A stretch of DNA of 64,000 nt, counting the filler, from Sphacelaria rigidula (lineage: Eukaryota), in the NCBI GenBank assembly GCA_964200075.2. It is 4 parts of 4 records of this genome, joined end to end, with 100 filler letters (N's around TTAATTAATTAA, not from the genome) between each part and the next. Parts side by side here need not be neighbours in the genome. Positions count along the whole stretch, not along the records: positions 1 to 15,989 come from CAXNAA020001531.1; 3 more parts are not named here. One strand, given 5' to 3'. A program made the position numbers and the translations under genes. The notes under the pieces were generated by a model. That model had not been told where the DNA came from. It worked only from the letters and a program-made list of their open reading frames with translations, and did not search any database. The stretch's first letter is position 1. Each line of letters starts with the position of its first letter. Positions 1 to 13,321 of the stretch are shown here, in pieces.

Positions 1-399
1 CAGATCTGTCAAAAGTGTACACCGAAAGAAAGGAAGAGAGAAGATAATAAAGGACAAAACAGGAAAAGACAGATAGAGGACGCATGCAAATCAGATTGTT
101 TTCATAGCAGTATCGACTCATTATTGTCGGTAGGACGCCGCATTCGTAATCCTGAATTTTCAAACTTAGTAACTTCGTTTACCGTTTGAAGATTCGCCTT
201 CCTTCGTGAAATCGGTTCTATGTTCAAAATTCCAGGAAATATGGTAGCATTGACACCTTTCCGGAAAACCTCCTAAGCTTTATATTCCTATTCTAGAGTA
301 AGATGTGGGAGGGAAGCCTCCGAGTCACAAGTACAACACCGATATGATGCCATCACCCCCTCGCGCACCATACTCCACTCCGGTCGCGTTGTGCAGAGA

Positions 400-2460
400 C
401 TGAGGATGAAGAGGAGGACGATGACGACGACGATAATCTGCCGCGCAACGAGGACGAGGTGAGCCATTTTCCACAAATGAGGCAAAATGATACTTGGGTG
501 TAGCGATGGGCTTTGGGGTAAGAGTCGTGGTACCCGGCTCATGTGGTCGGTCACCGAGACCGTCTTGCCTGTGCCACGGCGGATGCCACGGTTAAGCGGT
601 GTATGATACCGCCGCGCATCAGTAGTCAATGTGGCACACCAACCCTAGTTGGCGCGGATTGTTTAGGCCGGTTCCCACAGTTCCCACGGTAGAGTTAGTT
701 ATGCTTCTGGTTCCCATCGTCCGAAAACGGACGAACCAGAGTTGGCAGGATACTTTGATGAAAGTCAACAGGACGCGAGAGAGCTGATTCACTGCTTGAT
801 GGTAATATGCAAGGTAGTGGTACCGAAAGAGATATTGACCGATCCCTCGAGGCTGCTCTCTGGCCCCGACGAAGGGATGGAGTCGAAAGCGCAAAAACAG
901 AAACACCAATTGAAGATAGTGCGATCACTTGAAGGTCTTCGATGACAACGGGAGCGCGCGGCATATATAGTCCGAGCGCACCGGGGTTGGCACGCCGCAC
1001 TTTCTGGGACAACGTGCCGCAGAGGGTGTTATTGGAATCCGTTTTTTCAATCGTGTGAACAAACACGACTTCCATTCGTGGACCTGTGGTACATTTCGGA
1101 CAACCCGCTTTCTAGCCTGACGCACGCGATATCCACCTGTACATACAGGTGATATGGTCGATAGGCTAATTGGTTGATTGGTTGGTTGGTTGGTTGGTTG
1201 GTTGGTTGATTGGTTTAGTGCCGATCGTAATTATATTGATTTGCAACGGGTCCAGCCGTGATACATTGGATACATGGAGTGGCCCAAGGAAAATGGACCC
1301 GGTAATTTCGCTTGGCAGAAAGAGAGCAACGCAAGGACGGTAAACAAAGGGCGAAAAAAAAAGGAAACATGAAGGACACGTATAGAAGAGGAACAACGGA
1401 ATAATTCTGGCAGAGACAGCGGGCAATGAATGGTCTCCGATGAAACCTCGTCAGGTCCCCGCCAGGGCTTGAGAGGGGAATCACAACCCCTTGTTGCGAA
1501 GGTGACACGACCATCAATACCGCATGCGTGGCAAACAAAAAAGAGAGAAAATACAGAACACAGCATGAGAGAAAGGAGAACATATTGAGGAAAAGAGAAG
1601 GGAGGAAGGAAGGAGGGGCCAAGCTCTCCCACGCACCGTACGGCTGTGAAGGAAGGGCGGGAGGGGGGTAGTGTGATCGAAATATCTCTCGAAGAGGCCA
1701 CCGTTGCTGGAGCCTTTCATATTTTGTACGATCCGGTTTGTGTCAGTACACAGAGACACAGGCTACTCGATGATGTTTCACTCGGAAAAAGTACATGCGA
1801 ATAAATGCGTCGTTGACCGTCACACTCGTGAACCCGCCTCTCTCGGGAAGCACGTCACCCTCCCCCTGCAGTGGGATGGTTCGGGGATCTAGACATATAA
1901 GTCAGAGATGCTGTAAAATCGCAGGTGTCCCAACACCAGGCGTTGATAGTCGTCGTTCTCCTCAGGAAATTAAATCAAGCGTGCTTTCATTCGTATGTGC
2001 ACTTGTTAAAAGCAGTCGAGTCTCTGTTCAAAATGCTGAGCACTCTAAGGTACCACAACTAAATTAAGATATGACTGAAGCAAGCCGATCTATGACATAC
2101 ACTCCAAAGACGGGTTGCCTTACACAGTGTCCAATCGCAACAGGTTGGGACAGCCGACGATGGCAAGACACAATCCTGAGGAGAAGAGGTCCAAAATCCT
2201 GAGAAATAGTTTTCATTAGCTGTCTACCGTACGGTTATTATTGTTAGTTGAAGAGTGTCGAATGAACAAGTGAGCTGGGGTGGGCTTGCTCATGGATAAG
2301 GACCTAGACCTTCCACGCAGTATACATTGCTCAAGTTGGTACGTCACTAGTGACCAAAGATACCTTCAACCATATCCCGAGAGTGACAACACTCAAACAT
2401 TCACCCTCGAGCCTTGACCCCAATCATCGAACAAAGAGCCAGATATCATCTACCCGGCGA
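400..2460. repeat. Diverged duplicated block, copy 1 (acidic exon-like segment + module A + RTE-tail-like segment + module B)
   Basis: Collinear with ~4980-7255. Shared anchors include gaggtgagccattttcca, gatgggctttggggtaagagtcgtggt, gaaacctcg(t/a)caggtccccgccagggcttgag and cctgaggag(a/g)agaggtccaaa. Both copies have stops in all frames. Confidence 0.8.
1170..1215. repeat. (TTGG)n microsatellite, probable retroposon 3' tail on the minus strand
   Basis: Tandem ttgg run just downstream, on the minus strand, of an acggctgga motif shared with RTE 3' ends elsewhere in the window. Confidence 0.75.
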
Positions 2461-2979
2461 AACGCCGTGGAGACCCTTACGAATTATATATCGTATATCT
2501 TGACTTAGCAACATCTTTCTCTGGCCAGTCTGCCAGAATGAAGATCTCTAGTTCCATGAACAATGGCGAAGAGTAACATAATTTATGTGCCCCAGTCTCG
2601 TCGCAAACAAACGAAAGTTATCAAGACGTGGCCAGGTTTGGGCCCGCCCAAAATGTTGTTGTGCTCTCCAGACCTGCCCATACCTGGGAACGTGGCTACC
2701 CGTTGCCCTGTTTTCCGGACAGTGAGATGAAATTTCGGCTGACCTAAATCAAACGTGAAATCTTACACCAAGGTTCAGATCTTACAGGTGGCCAAATCTT
2801 GAGAAAAACATTGGCTACTGCGACAACTAGCATGTGATCCTCGTCGGGCCAGCAGACACTTCATAGTTCAAACAAGACTATGTCGCCATTATTAAGTTCT
2901 TCTTCTTTCCGCTTTCAATAATCGCTTAATTCCCTGACCGGCATGTTTTGTAACTCCTAGCTTTTGGAGCCCCTCAATG

Positions 2980-3350
2980 AGAAAACGTTGGACCCAAATG
3001 TGCAACTGGGTTTTACGCCCGGGATATTTCCCGGGGGTATTACCCGTACCTGATATTCCTGTGAGCTCTGGAAGCTCCCCATCCCTGTGCCCGGCAGTTG
3101 TGTTAGTTTTGTAGCTCTCTCATACCGGTACCCGACAGGTCTGTGAGATCTGTATGAAAGGTTCACCCTTACCCGGGGAACGGGTATATCCTCATAGAAA
3201 TACCCAGTTGCGGGTACGGGTTTTTGTGCCACCTCTAAACGGTACCCGACAATTTTCGAATGCTCTGTACCACTTCCATACGGGCACCCGACAGTTCTGG
3301 AAGTTCTGTAAACAATCTCATATCCTACCGCCCATATCCGTACCCTACAG
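2980..3350. repeat. GTACCCG/TACGGG-rich degenerate interspersed repeat
   Basis: Recurrent tacccg, ggtacccgaca and gttctgta motifs in both orientations. Confidence 0.45.
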
Positions 3351-3739
3351 AACACGACCTTTGCATTTGCACTCACATATTCGGAAAATATTTCTTCGCG
3401 GTTGACAGTCCCAGCTTGGACTCCTCGGGGAACAGTCAATGTACGACAATCCCTTAGTCAACATCTATCCAGGAGCCGAGTCTTCCAACGACCGAGTGTG
3501 CCATTTCAGGAGGCGCCGGCTTTGGACGCATATATCCGCTGCATGAGGACTATATGGATGTACTTATAATCTTGCACACCATAGTCATATGACCATTGAC
3601 CTCGAATCCCTACAAAGCCGCGACAGAGAACGTCGGGTTTCCGCCGGACTAGGCTCGCACTCGGCCACCAAGCGCGAAACGCCGTGCTGTGTCCGGGAGT
3701 GATGACGGTATGGGGAGCACGAGTGTTGCTACCGTGGTA

Positions 3740-4420
3740 GGCAGACGCGTTAGCTTCTGTCGTCAGCGTGCCACTACGAAGCGCCCCACACTTGAAGTAG
3801 AAACCTGCTAGCACGGTTGGAATAGCACATCCACAGCTATTACACAGTAGATATTCCAAGAAGAATACTAAGTGCAATTTGTGCAGATGTTTTCCCACGA
3901 TCTTGATACGTTTCATATTGTAGTATTAGTATTCACACTCGCGGAAAATAGCAGAATGTGACCCGTAAAAGGCTGCTGGATGCCCCGAAAGTCCTCTTCT
4001 AACTCACCCCGAGTTGTTTTCTTGCGACTACAGCTGAGTTCGTGGCAGATCTTTCAACATCTTTAGTCAGTCAGTCAGTCAGTCAGTCAGTCAGCCAATC
4101 AGTCATATGTTCATGTAGCTGTCCACTCTTCAGGCCGGGGAGAGACCGGCCACGTCTCAAAACCTATGTGCCATGTACATCCTGCGCCTGAACGTTTCCA
4201 ACGGCTGCAGCTACACCCCCCCCTCCCCTCCCCTTCCCGCCCGCGTTTCCGGTCCGCAAATCACATCGATCAGATCTGGGCAGATCTCCACGGGGCGGCC
4301 GCACTGCTTTGCGGGCTTGATGGGGGGCCACTACCGGATTTCGTGCCATCTGTGAGTCACCACTGGGGTTATACGTTTTTGCGATGTGTTTTCGGTTAGT
4401 TTCGTGTATTGGCTTGAATG
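3740..4420. repeat. Module C, copy 1 (zinc-ribbon-like remnant on minus strand, (AGTC)n, exon-like segment ending in GTGAGT)
   Basis: Homologous to 10340-11460 (anchors cagatctttcaa/cggatctttcaa, acgtctcaaaa, atcctgcgcc(t/c)gaacgtttccaa, ccatctgtgagt). The minus frame reads LCNSCGCAI...FYFKCG versus LCNSCTYAI...FCFKCR. Confidence 0.7.
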
Positions 4421-4979
4421 TGTGACGAATAACGAGTAGATCTGCCTGTAATGTCCTGAAAGCATCAACTGTACCCGGTCATTCATTGTACCCGATCGAC
4501 GGTGCGGGGTCAGGTGTGCCCTCTTCGTTTCTACCGTGACTCCGATAGTTTTGCTCAAGTTTACCTGAGTCGGCATGTCTATTCCTAGGTCCAAGTAGTA
4601 GTTGTCACTTCACATTTGACGGTAGGGCATTGGTTTCAGGGAGTTTGCGCTTTCGATTGACAGAGACCGGAGGGTGGGGTATGCCGATGCAAACTCTTCA
4701 TTGCTGTATCCGTTGCTACCACCGGAGATATTGCTTGTATCGTGTTTTTGAAGTCACCCCACGGCGGATGCTACGCCTCACTGCCTATGAAATGATATTT
4801 TCCTTCATGAACAGGGATACATGGGATCAATTGACCTCGGGGGCGGTGGTGGTGATGCTGCTGGTGCGGGTGCTGCTGGTGCGGGTGCTGCTGGTGCGGG
4901 TGCCGGTGCGGGTGCTACTGGTGTCGGTGCCGGTGCCGGTGATGGTGATGGTGATGGTGATGGTGATGGTGGTGTGTAC

Positions 4980-7255
4980 GGAGAGGAAGACAAGGAAGAG
5001 GAAGATGATGAGCAAAACGAGGAAAACTTGCTGTACACCGAGCAAGAGGTGAGCCATTTTCCAACGTGAGGGCAAAACGGTTCTATGTGTAGTGATGGGC
5101 TTTGGGGTAAGAGTCGTGGTCTCGGGTTCGTACGGTCGGTCACGAGACTGCCCCGCCCCTACCGTGGTAGCCGCTACACTTTAGCGGTGTATGATTCCGC
5201 CGCTCCTCGATGGTCAACCCGGCACACCACCCGTAGCTAGCGCGGATTTCTCTGGTCCGCATTCCCATAAGATAACTCTTCTTCTGGTTTTCACCGTGCG
5301 AAACGTGGTCATCAGATTTGACAGAATAGTGTGATGAAAGCAACGGGATGCGGGAGTGCTGATTCACTGTTTGATGGTGATGTGCAAGGCAGGGGTACCG
5401 AAAGAGACGCTGACTGATCCCTCGAGACTACACTCTCGCCCCGACGAAGGCATGAAGTCGAAAGTGCGAGATGAAGATATATATTCGAAACAGTGCAATT
5501 TATTTGAAAGTATTCGATGACAACGCGAGCGTGCGGTAAATGTATTCCGAGCGCACCGAGGTTGGGGCGCCGAACTTGCTGGGACGGCTTACTGTAGAGG
5601 GTATTATTGAAATTGTTATGTTTTTTCTATTATGTGAACAAACACGACCTTTATTGGGTTGATACGCAGGATTGTTTGAATAGTCGGGATGCTACATAGC
5701 TTGAAACACACACTACCCACGTGTACATAAATGTGATGGGTTGATCAGTTGATTCGTCGATTGGGGATCTCACATCAACTGATTTGCAGCGGATCCAGTC
5801 GTTTCAACAAGGGAGGTGGAGTTCCCCCGAGGTGAATAGACCCGGCGACTCTCGCCTGACAGAAATAGAGGAAAGCAAGGACAAGAAATGGAAGGAAAAA
5901 ACAACACGAAATAAGACACAACACGTACAGAACAGAAACAACTGAGAACTTCTGACAGAGACGGCGGACGTCGAATGGTCTTCAGGGAAACCTCGACAGG
6001 TCCCCGCCAGGGCTTGAGCAAGAACTTCGAACGACTTCTTGTGCAAAAGGAAGGCACGAGCACTGATACAGCATCCATGGGAAAGAGTCATCCTACGATA
6101 GGGGGGGGGGTATTTTGGGCCACTTCTTGCACAAAATTCCAAGTCAAGTTGTCCTTGAAAGGAGCAACGGTTGCTCGAACAAGCTTGTTATAGATATATA
6201 ACGCTTGTTCATACCGACTGACACCGTTTTGAACCAAATACAAGCGCACCGCGAGTGTGGCAGATCGTCTGACACACTTTCAAGCCTCTTTTTTCGGGTA
6301 ATCAAATCCCCCCCCCTCCCCCCCCATCGTAGGATGACTCGACGACAAAATAAAACAAAGCGTAATCATTTCGACAAGAAGAGAAGGGGGAAAAGAAGGG
6401 GTTGAGCGATCGCACGCACCGCACGACTTGTGAGGGAGGGCGAAATGGGGGAGGGGGGGAGTCCGACCGAAATATTGCTCTGAGGGACCACCTTCAGATG
6501 TTGCTAAAGACGATGAACCGTTTTTTCGATCCTGCTGATGTCAGTACTCAGTGACATAACGGTGGCTCCACAATGCTCAGCTCCAAGAACGTACCCGTGA
6601 ATGAGCGCGTCCTTTGAACGTCACAACTCGCCTGTCTCGGGTAGGACGTCACACGACTCCTGCGGGGGAAGGCTCGGGGAGCAAGGCCTACAAGTCAGAG
6701 ATGCTAAAATATTCCAGGTCTCTCGGCACGAAGTGTTGGTGACCGTCCTTCTCCTCAGGAAATCAAAACGAACGTGCTCCGATTCGGGTGTGCATTTCTC
6801 GAGATCAGATCTAGGCTCTGTTTAAGGCGCTGAGCACTCCAACTTCTAACCAATTGCTCAAGATGCGAGTGAAACGAACATCCTGCATCATACACTTCGA
6901 ATATGGATTGACTAACAGTGTGTCCGATCGAAGGAGGCTGGGACGGTCGGCGATGCCAAGACAGGACCCTGAGGAGGAGAGGTCCAAAGCCCTGAGTGAG
7001 AGTTTTCATTAGCTTAAAACCGTATGATTTCGGTTGTTCGCTGAAGAGGGTTGGATGATCAAGTGGACTGGGATGGGCTCGCTCACGGATAAAGGCCCAA
7101 ACAATCCGTGCAGTGTTCATAACTAGTGTTAGTGCGTCACCGGTGGTCAATTGTGCCCTCAATCATCTCTGATGAGTGACCACACCCAGAGGTTCGACCT
7201 TGAATCGTGACGCCAATAATCAAACAAAGAGCCAGATGTCATATACCGTGATGAA
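4980..7255. repeat. Diverged duplicated block, copy 2
   Basis: See 400-2460; preceded by a GGT-rich low-complexity tract (Gly/Ala/Asp) at 4840-4975. Confidence 0.8.
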
Positions 7256-8956
7256 AGTGTGCCGAAAAACAAAACGGAGGAACCAATCATGTCATTGATT
7301 ATATGGTGAGCATTTTCCCCATGTGCCGAGCCGTGACTACGCAGCGATGGGGATAGAGGTATTTTCAAATGTGAATACTCGACAATTGTGGCACTACACT
7401 GACATCCACGGTTATATCGCTGGGAAGATTGTTGCGGACATGTTCTGACCACTCAACAGGCAAGTATTCTTCCTACCCGCCTTATCACGGTCTCGATTTT
7501 CAGCCGGTCTTCTGGTCGATGTACAATGACGTGCACCCACATGTTACTTGTTACCGTGCGTTTGTTGATCAATATATTGAGTGATTGTTGCACACTGACT
7601 GATCCGCTGTCAATCTAGCCGCGATCACAAGACGAACGCACCCGCTACAGAAAACTCGAGAACAGGAGAAAAACAAAGGGAAAGATGAAACAGACAGAAA
7701 CAACAATAACTGAAATGAAATAAAATGCAGTAGAGTCAACGAAACGCAAAAAAACAAACAAGACAAGCGAGGTTTTTAGCAAGGGCTGGCACATCCCTCA
7801 GTTCATGCACGCCCCCTCCGCCCGCCGCCCCCATATTGTCGTATAGAAACATTGGCGCATTGCCCTCAAACCACCATCAAATGCTTCGTGCTTTGGTCGT
7901 TTTCTCAATACCCTCCTATTAGCTGCCGCGCGTGCTCGAGGCAATACTCCAAAAGATCAGCTGCCTCACTAGTGTGTTATGATCATCACATGAGTCCGGC
8001 ATTTCCTTGGCGATGAACTCGAGTTGTAGTAGTACCTCGACAGCAGTGTACGTCCCTGCTCCGAGTCTCTTAACACACCTTTGACACGTGCTCTTACGTC
8101 ACTTTCAGATATCTTACTACGTCATCTGGTAGCCTAATTACTAGAATTGAGAATGTCCTTCCCCCCACCCCCTTCTTCCACCACGTCAGATTCGGGAGTA
8201 TATGAAGTAGTGGAGTATGGTGCAGTTTCCACTTTAGTGCCGCTCATGGGGTACGATGTTGTACTGACCCCGAGGGAAACTATGGCAAGCCCGTGTCACA
8301 TCCCTTCAGGCGAGGAAGCTGTACAAAAACAAAAAACAAGCAGGACGAGAAGAAAACAAAGCAAGATCGTGGAGGCACATGGCGACCCACCTATCTGAGA
8401 GCCACACTATTTCGGCAGGGACTATCTACGACCAGCTCTGCAGGAAAAAAACATTAACGCTCACGCACCTTGGGAGAAAGAAAAAAAAGGAACAGAGAGA
8501 GAAAGCCAAAGATATGAGAAAAGAAAGAAAAAAAAGAAACGCAAATTGTTTCGTGTCAATTGCGTCTTTTTGTGTGCTGTCAAGGTTTTACCCGAGCTAC
8601 TTCGAGCGGTGGCACCGCTGGTGAGACTGTGACGACGGCGGACGCAGTCCAATCGCGGCAACATTCCCACATGTTGATTATCAGAACGCTGAGGGAAAAA
8701 CGCCTGAATAGAACATGTTTGTATTCACCCGTACAGTACTGCTTCGATATGATCACCAATTCAGTGAGCGGGTTCAGATATATGAGTGTTTCAAGGTTAG
8801 TCACAATCATCAATATTTTCACCCCACATTTCTGAAACAACGCTCTCGATTTATGCCAGCGCTTGACATGTGAGTTCTAAGAAATGCCCTCCTTCCCATG
8901 CCTCCTCACCGCTGCCGACTCCATCACTATACACACTTTTTTCGCTCTCCGGGTAG

Positions 8957-9196
8957 ATGGACCTGCAGGAAAAGATCTCATACGACCACGACTACCCCGT
9001 AGGTGCGGTGACGGCGGCGCGGCACATGGTTGACTTCGAAAGCACCCGGAGCACCATTGAATGGCTGCAGGCCCATCCGCTCTCGGTGTGGGCATACCGA
9101 CGGCTTGAAGCGGGCTGTCCCCAGGCCCAATTCGACGCCGCTTTTGATGGGGCCGAGACTGAGGAGCAGGCAGCCTCGCGTCTGCTGGACTCCGAG
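8957..9196 (+). CDS. Putative internal exon of an unknown, possibly decayed, gene
   Basis: Pyrimidine tract plus TAG acceptor, 240-bp open phase 0-0 frame (MDLQEKISYDHD...RLLDSE) and a GAG|GTGCGG donor. No recognisable domain. Confidence 0.45.
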
Positions 9197-10339
9197 GTGC
9201 GGATACCTGTGTAGAGTCAGGTCCTTTTCTTTCGTGGTGGATTGGAGGCAAGAGAGAAGTCCACGCCGAATCCACTGCCATCGAGTTCATTCATTTCACG
9301 AACAAAATAGCAGGATATGTTACATGCTTCATGCGTGCAACCGTGAGGGGCTAAGGCGATCTTCAATGGCAGTCGCCAATCTCGAGTTTTACGCAGATCG
9401 GCGGAAATAGATCGGGGAACGCATTCTATGGACCCCAATCTGGGCCAAATCGAGGGATTGAAAATCGGGGTGTCGCGATTTGGGAACGATTTCCCCCGAT
9501 TTCGTGCAAAAGTCGGGGGAAAGCTGAGGTCCCCCGGCTTGTGAGGTTGTGCGTACGTGCGTTGACGTACGGTGGTAGGGAACGCGGCGTCTGATATTTT
9601 TACAAGCGCAGGAAAAGACAGTCTCGTGACAGCGCAGGGCGTGCCTGCCCGCGGCAGCTGCTGAAGCAGCTTCGCACACGGCATTATCATATACTGTAAT
9701 GATGGAGTGTCCTGCACTGTATTACCGCAGGGTACCACGGTACGACACTGTACTGGAAGGATTATTCACCGTCTGCCTGCTCTTCGGCTTCAGAGCACGT
9801 GACACCAAACTCATGCAGAATATGACTGTCTGTGTACAGAACTGTTTTACAAATCTGTGGTACCATAATGCGGTCCTCCTGATTTTGAGTTCGCACATAT
9901 ATGAAAAGACGAATATGAAAATCGGATTTTCCCCCAAATTGAGATTGGTTGCCATAAACGTCGGTCTAAGTCCGTGTGGCACACCTACATGTCGGCGTAC
10001 TGGGCCCTGATACTCCAGTGTAGGGGAACTAAATATATCACTGCTTACTTTGATTTGCTTTGCTTTGCTTCCCTTTCCTTTCCTTTCCTTTCCTTTCCTT
10101 TTCTTTCCTTCCTTCCTTCTTCCTGTTTTTGTTTTGTGTGTTCTTCCTGTTTATTTTCCACCCCGTTCGTCATGTTTTACCTCTCGCGAATGTCCTGTCG
10201 TGAGCGTATTCGTTTTTTTCACGTTGGGTACGCCTATATTGTGACAACGGCTGGATTCCTCGAGGAACAGCCAATGTGTGACGATCAACCCATCAAATCA
10301 GCGAATCCATCAATCAACATACCTTGACGTCTTTTGCTG

Positions 10340-11460
10340 TCGTGGTAGACAGGCTCATTTGGTTAGTGGCGTCAGCAGGCCACTACTTAGCACTCTACAC
10401 TTGAAACAGAAAATACTCAGCTCGGCTAGGATGGCGTATGTACAACTGTTGCACAAGAACGGTCCCAAGGCAACAGCTCAGTCCAACCTCTGCAGGGGTT
10501 TTCCCGCATGTTGATGCTGTAGTTTTTTTCACATTCGCGGGAAGCGACAGAACGTGACCACTAAAGCTTGCCGGGTGCCCCAGAAGTTCGTTTTCAAGTT
10601 ACGCCGACTTCTTTGCTCGTGCCCATAGCTGGGGTTATGGCGGATCTTTCAATACCGTCAATCAGCCAGTCAGGCAGTCAGTCATTTGTTCATCAAACTG
10701 CCCACTGCCCAGCCACTGAAGTGGCCGGCTACGTCTCAAAATCCTTATTTCATGTATATCCTGCGCCCGAACGTTTCCAAGGGCTGAACCTGTCCCCCCC
10801 CCGCGCGCTGTTTTCGTCTCGCAACGGTCGAACGACTAAGGCAACCAACAAATGAGTACGCCCCTTTTCCCCCCCTCTGGAAGTGGCAATACCAGACAAT
10901 AAAGCAAGTCATTGGAGGTTGTCATCCAAATGCAAGATAACCTGTAGGCTTCGGGCCTAACAATCTCAGCAGGGTGCAGTTCACCCTTCATGCGACTCGC
11001 TGGACACGGCACGGCGCTTCGCGCTTGGTGATTTGAGTGCGAGCCTGGTCCGGCGGAAACCCGGCGTGCTCCGTCCCGGCTTTGTAGGGATGTGAGGTCA
11101 ATGGTCTCATGATTATTGTAAGCATGATCATGAGTACACCCCCTATCCCCCCTCCTCGCCCCCACTTTTCCGTTCCGCACTTCACGTCGGTCAGATCTCC
11201 CGGGTTCTACCCGGTCTTGTTGCGCTAGGTTTTTCTGAGGCCCTCGGTAGAGAAGCGCTGAAACGCACGAGGGCAGATGTGGACCGCGCAGCCGCAATGC
11301 TCTGCAACATCAGCGAAACTCAAGGACTTGCCTTGGAGGGAGTCCACGAGAACATCGTGCAACCTTCCGTGGAAGACACGATTTCGGATCCGACCAATGT
11401 TCCGGACATCGTCCCATCTGTGAGTTAATATGGGTATGTTTTCACTTGACGCGTTTTTGG
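10340..11460. repeat. Module C, copy 2 (interrupted by RTEX 3' stubs at ~10823-11150)
   Basis: See 3740-4420; LINE tails aaatgagtacgcccc at ~10850 and atgagtacaccccc at ~11130. Confidence 0.7.
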
Positions 11461-12236
11461 GCAGTTGAATAAATTACGGTGTACACGATTATTGACGGCT
11501 CGAATAGTTGTACCTGTACGGGTTGTGAGTGAAGAAGATCAACTATCACAGTGCGTGTGCAAATCATCTGACGGCGAAAACGTGTTGCTATGTTTCGGAA
11601 CGCGTGTTTTCAACTCTGTACTTGAAAACGTATGCACTTTGTTCAATTGCGTAGTTAGTTTGTTTCGATTTTCCGGCGCTTTCGTAGGTTTTGCCGAGTA
11701 CCCTACTTCTTTTGCGAACTGAAGCCCATACTACGCTTCTGTGCATTCGGCTCATACTTTCCATGTTCCCCTCTGTTTTTGGTCTTCATCCTGTCGCACA
11801 GGCTGAGTACGTGATCCTGCCCACGCAGAGGGGGGGTAACTGCGCTTTCGAGTCTCTTTTGCGCTCGCGTGGCCACCCTTCAGAGCTGGGCGATGTGTTG
11901 GCGTTTCGCACAGAGACTGCTAACTACTTCCGGGCTCACCGCGACGAATATCTGGACGAAGCCCATGCGTACTGTACGGAGTCGCGGGCCACCGCAGCCG
12001 AGATCGCGCTACGAACTGACGCGGAGAACGAAGAAATCGAGTCCCTAGATCAACCGCACCACCTTTTATACCGGGAGTTATGCGACCGCGTGGAACGGAA
12101 CGGAGAGTTTGTTGGAGACGCAGTGCTGAAATGTATAGGACACATGCTGGGCGTCCGAATTACTATTTGGCAACTTTGTGAAGGCGGCATAGAGCGTTTT
12201 CGTTACCACGGATACGGCCCGGCAGACGCACCAGAG
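11207..12236 (+). CDS. UBA + OTU-like cysteine protease, partial (exons ~11207-11419 and 11802-12236; may be a pseudogene)
   Basis: The first exon reads LVALGFSEALGREALKRTRADVDRAAAML, a UBA-like pattern. A GTGAGT donor at 11420 and a CAG acceptor at 11801 are both phase 0. The second exon has OTU-like motifs PTQRGGNCAFESL, RTETANYFRAHRDEY and NGEFVGDAVLKCIGHMLGVRITIW. The start codon and catalytic His were not located. Confidence 0.7.
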
Positions 12237-13321
12237 GTGAGCGTTGCTCACTGATCCGCTAGAGTTTATCACCTTGTGGGCGATAATGTTCACGATCGAT
12301 AGGAGCATAGCAGATGAGTAGGGAATATGGGCTTGCGGGCAACCATGCGGCGCCCGACTGGAGCAGACGTGGGGGTAGATAAGAGCGCCATAGGCCTTTG
12401 GAACCCACTCCGCCGGAAGCTAGGGCACCCCGATATTCTCGGTTCATGTAGGGTTGCCGTGGTGGGTGAGGGTTGGGGTTAGCATCATACGCATTTCTTT
12501 TTCACCAACCGTATACTCATCGGAGGAGTCGCACGCTGACTGCTTTCATTTTCTTGATGGGCGTGTCGCACATGCAACTGCTCCCCGAGATATCCAGCCG
12601 TTGCCACAAGATAAACGTACCTAGGGCAAACAAGACGGAAACATTCGCGAGAGGAAAGTGGAGAAAGGGAGAGAACACAGAAATAATGGTGGAACAAACG
12701 GAGTAAATCAAACAAAAACAAAAGAAAAACTGAAACAGAAAGAAGGGAAAAAAAGGGAGAGGAAAATGAGTAGAGAACACGAACAATAGATCCCGATGAA
12801 GAAAATGAAACGATACAATGAAGGTAAAGGAGAGAATGATAGATAAAAAGAAAAGTATACACAAGGCACAAGCCATGGTCAGCTCCTGTAGCATGAGATC
12901 TGATGAAAACGAGACCGTGTTGAAGGTCAAACAAGAAAATATGTTTTTTGGTAGCCACGCTCGTTGGGCACGCACTGTCACCCACGAATTCTACGAGAAG
13001 CAAACCCAAACACGACCACAGCGTAGGAACTATGAATACGAAGATATGAAAACAAAGGAGAGAGGGAGGGAGGGAGAGAGAAGAGAGAGAGAGAAAGGAA
13101 GCGAAAGAGCGGATACGGAGAAGATCGATCAGTGATGGTAAATGAGACAGAACAATCAACCATAGTGTGTGTGGATCCAGCTAGGAACATCGCTGAGGTC
13201 GCAAGCCGAATAAAGAAGCCAGTAGCGGATGGGATGAAACGGGGGTATACTGTTACCCCCGCCTGTCCCTCGTATTCCTATTCGGGTCCGAAGCGAGTCA
13301 CTCTCTTACATGGAGCTCGAA

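Noticed and set aside
4805-5075. Gly/Ala- or Pro/Ala-rich ORFs as standalone genes
   Set aside because: A low-complexity GGT repeat is open in several frames; at most one exon of the duplicated unit.
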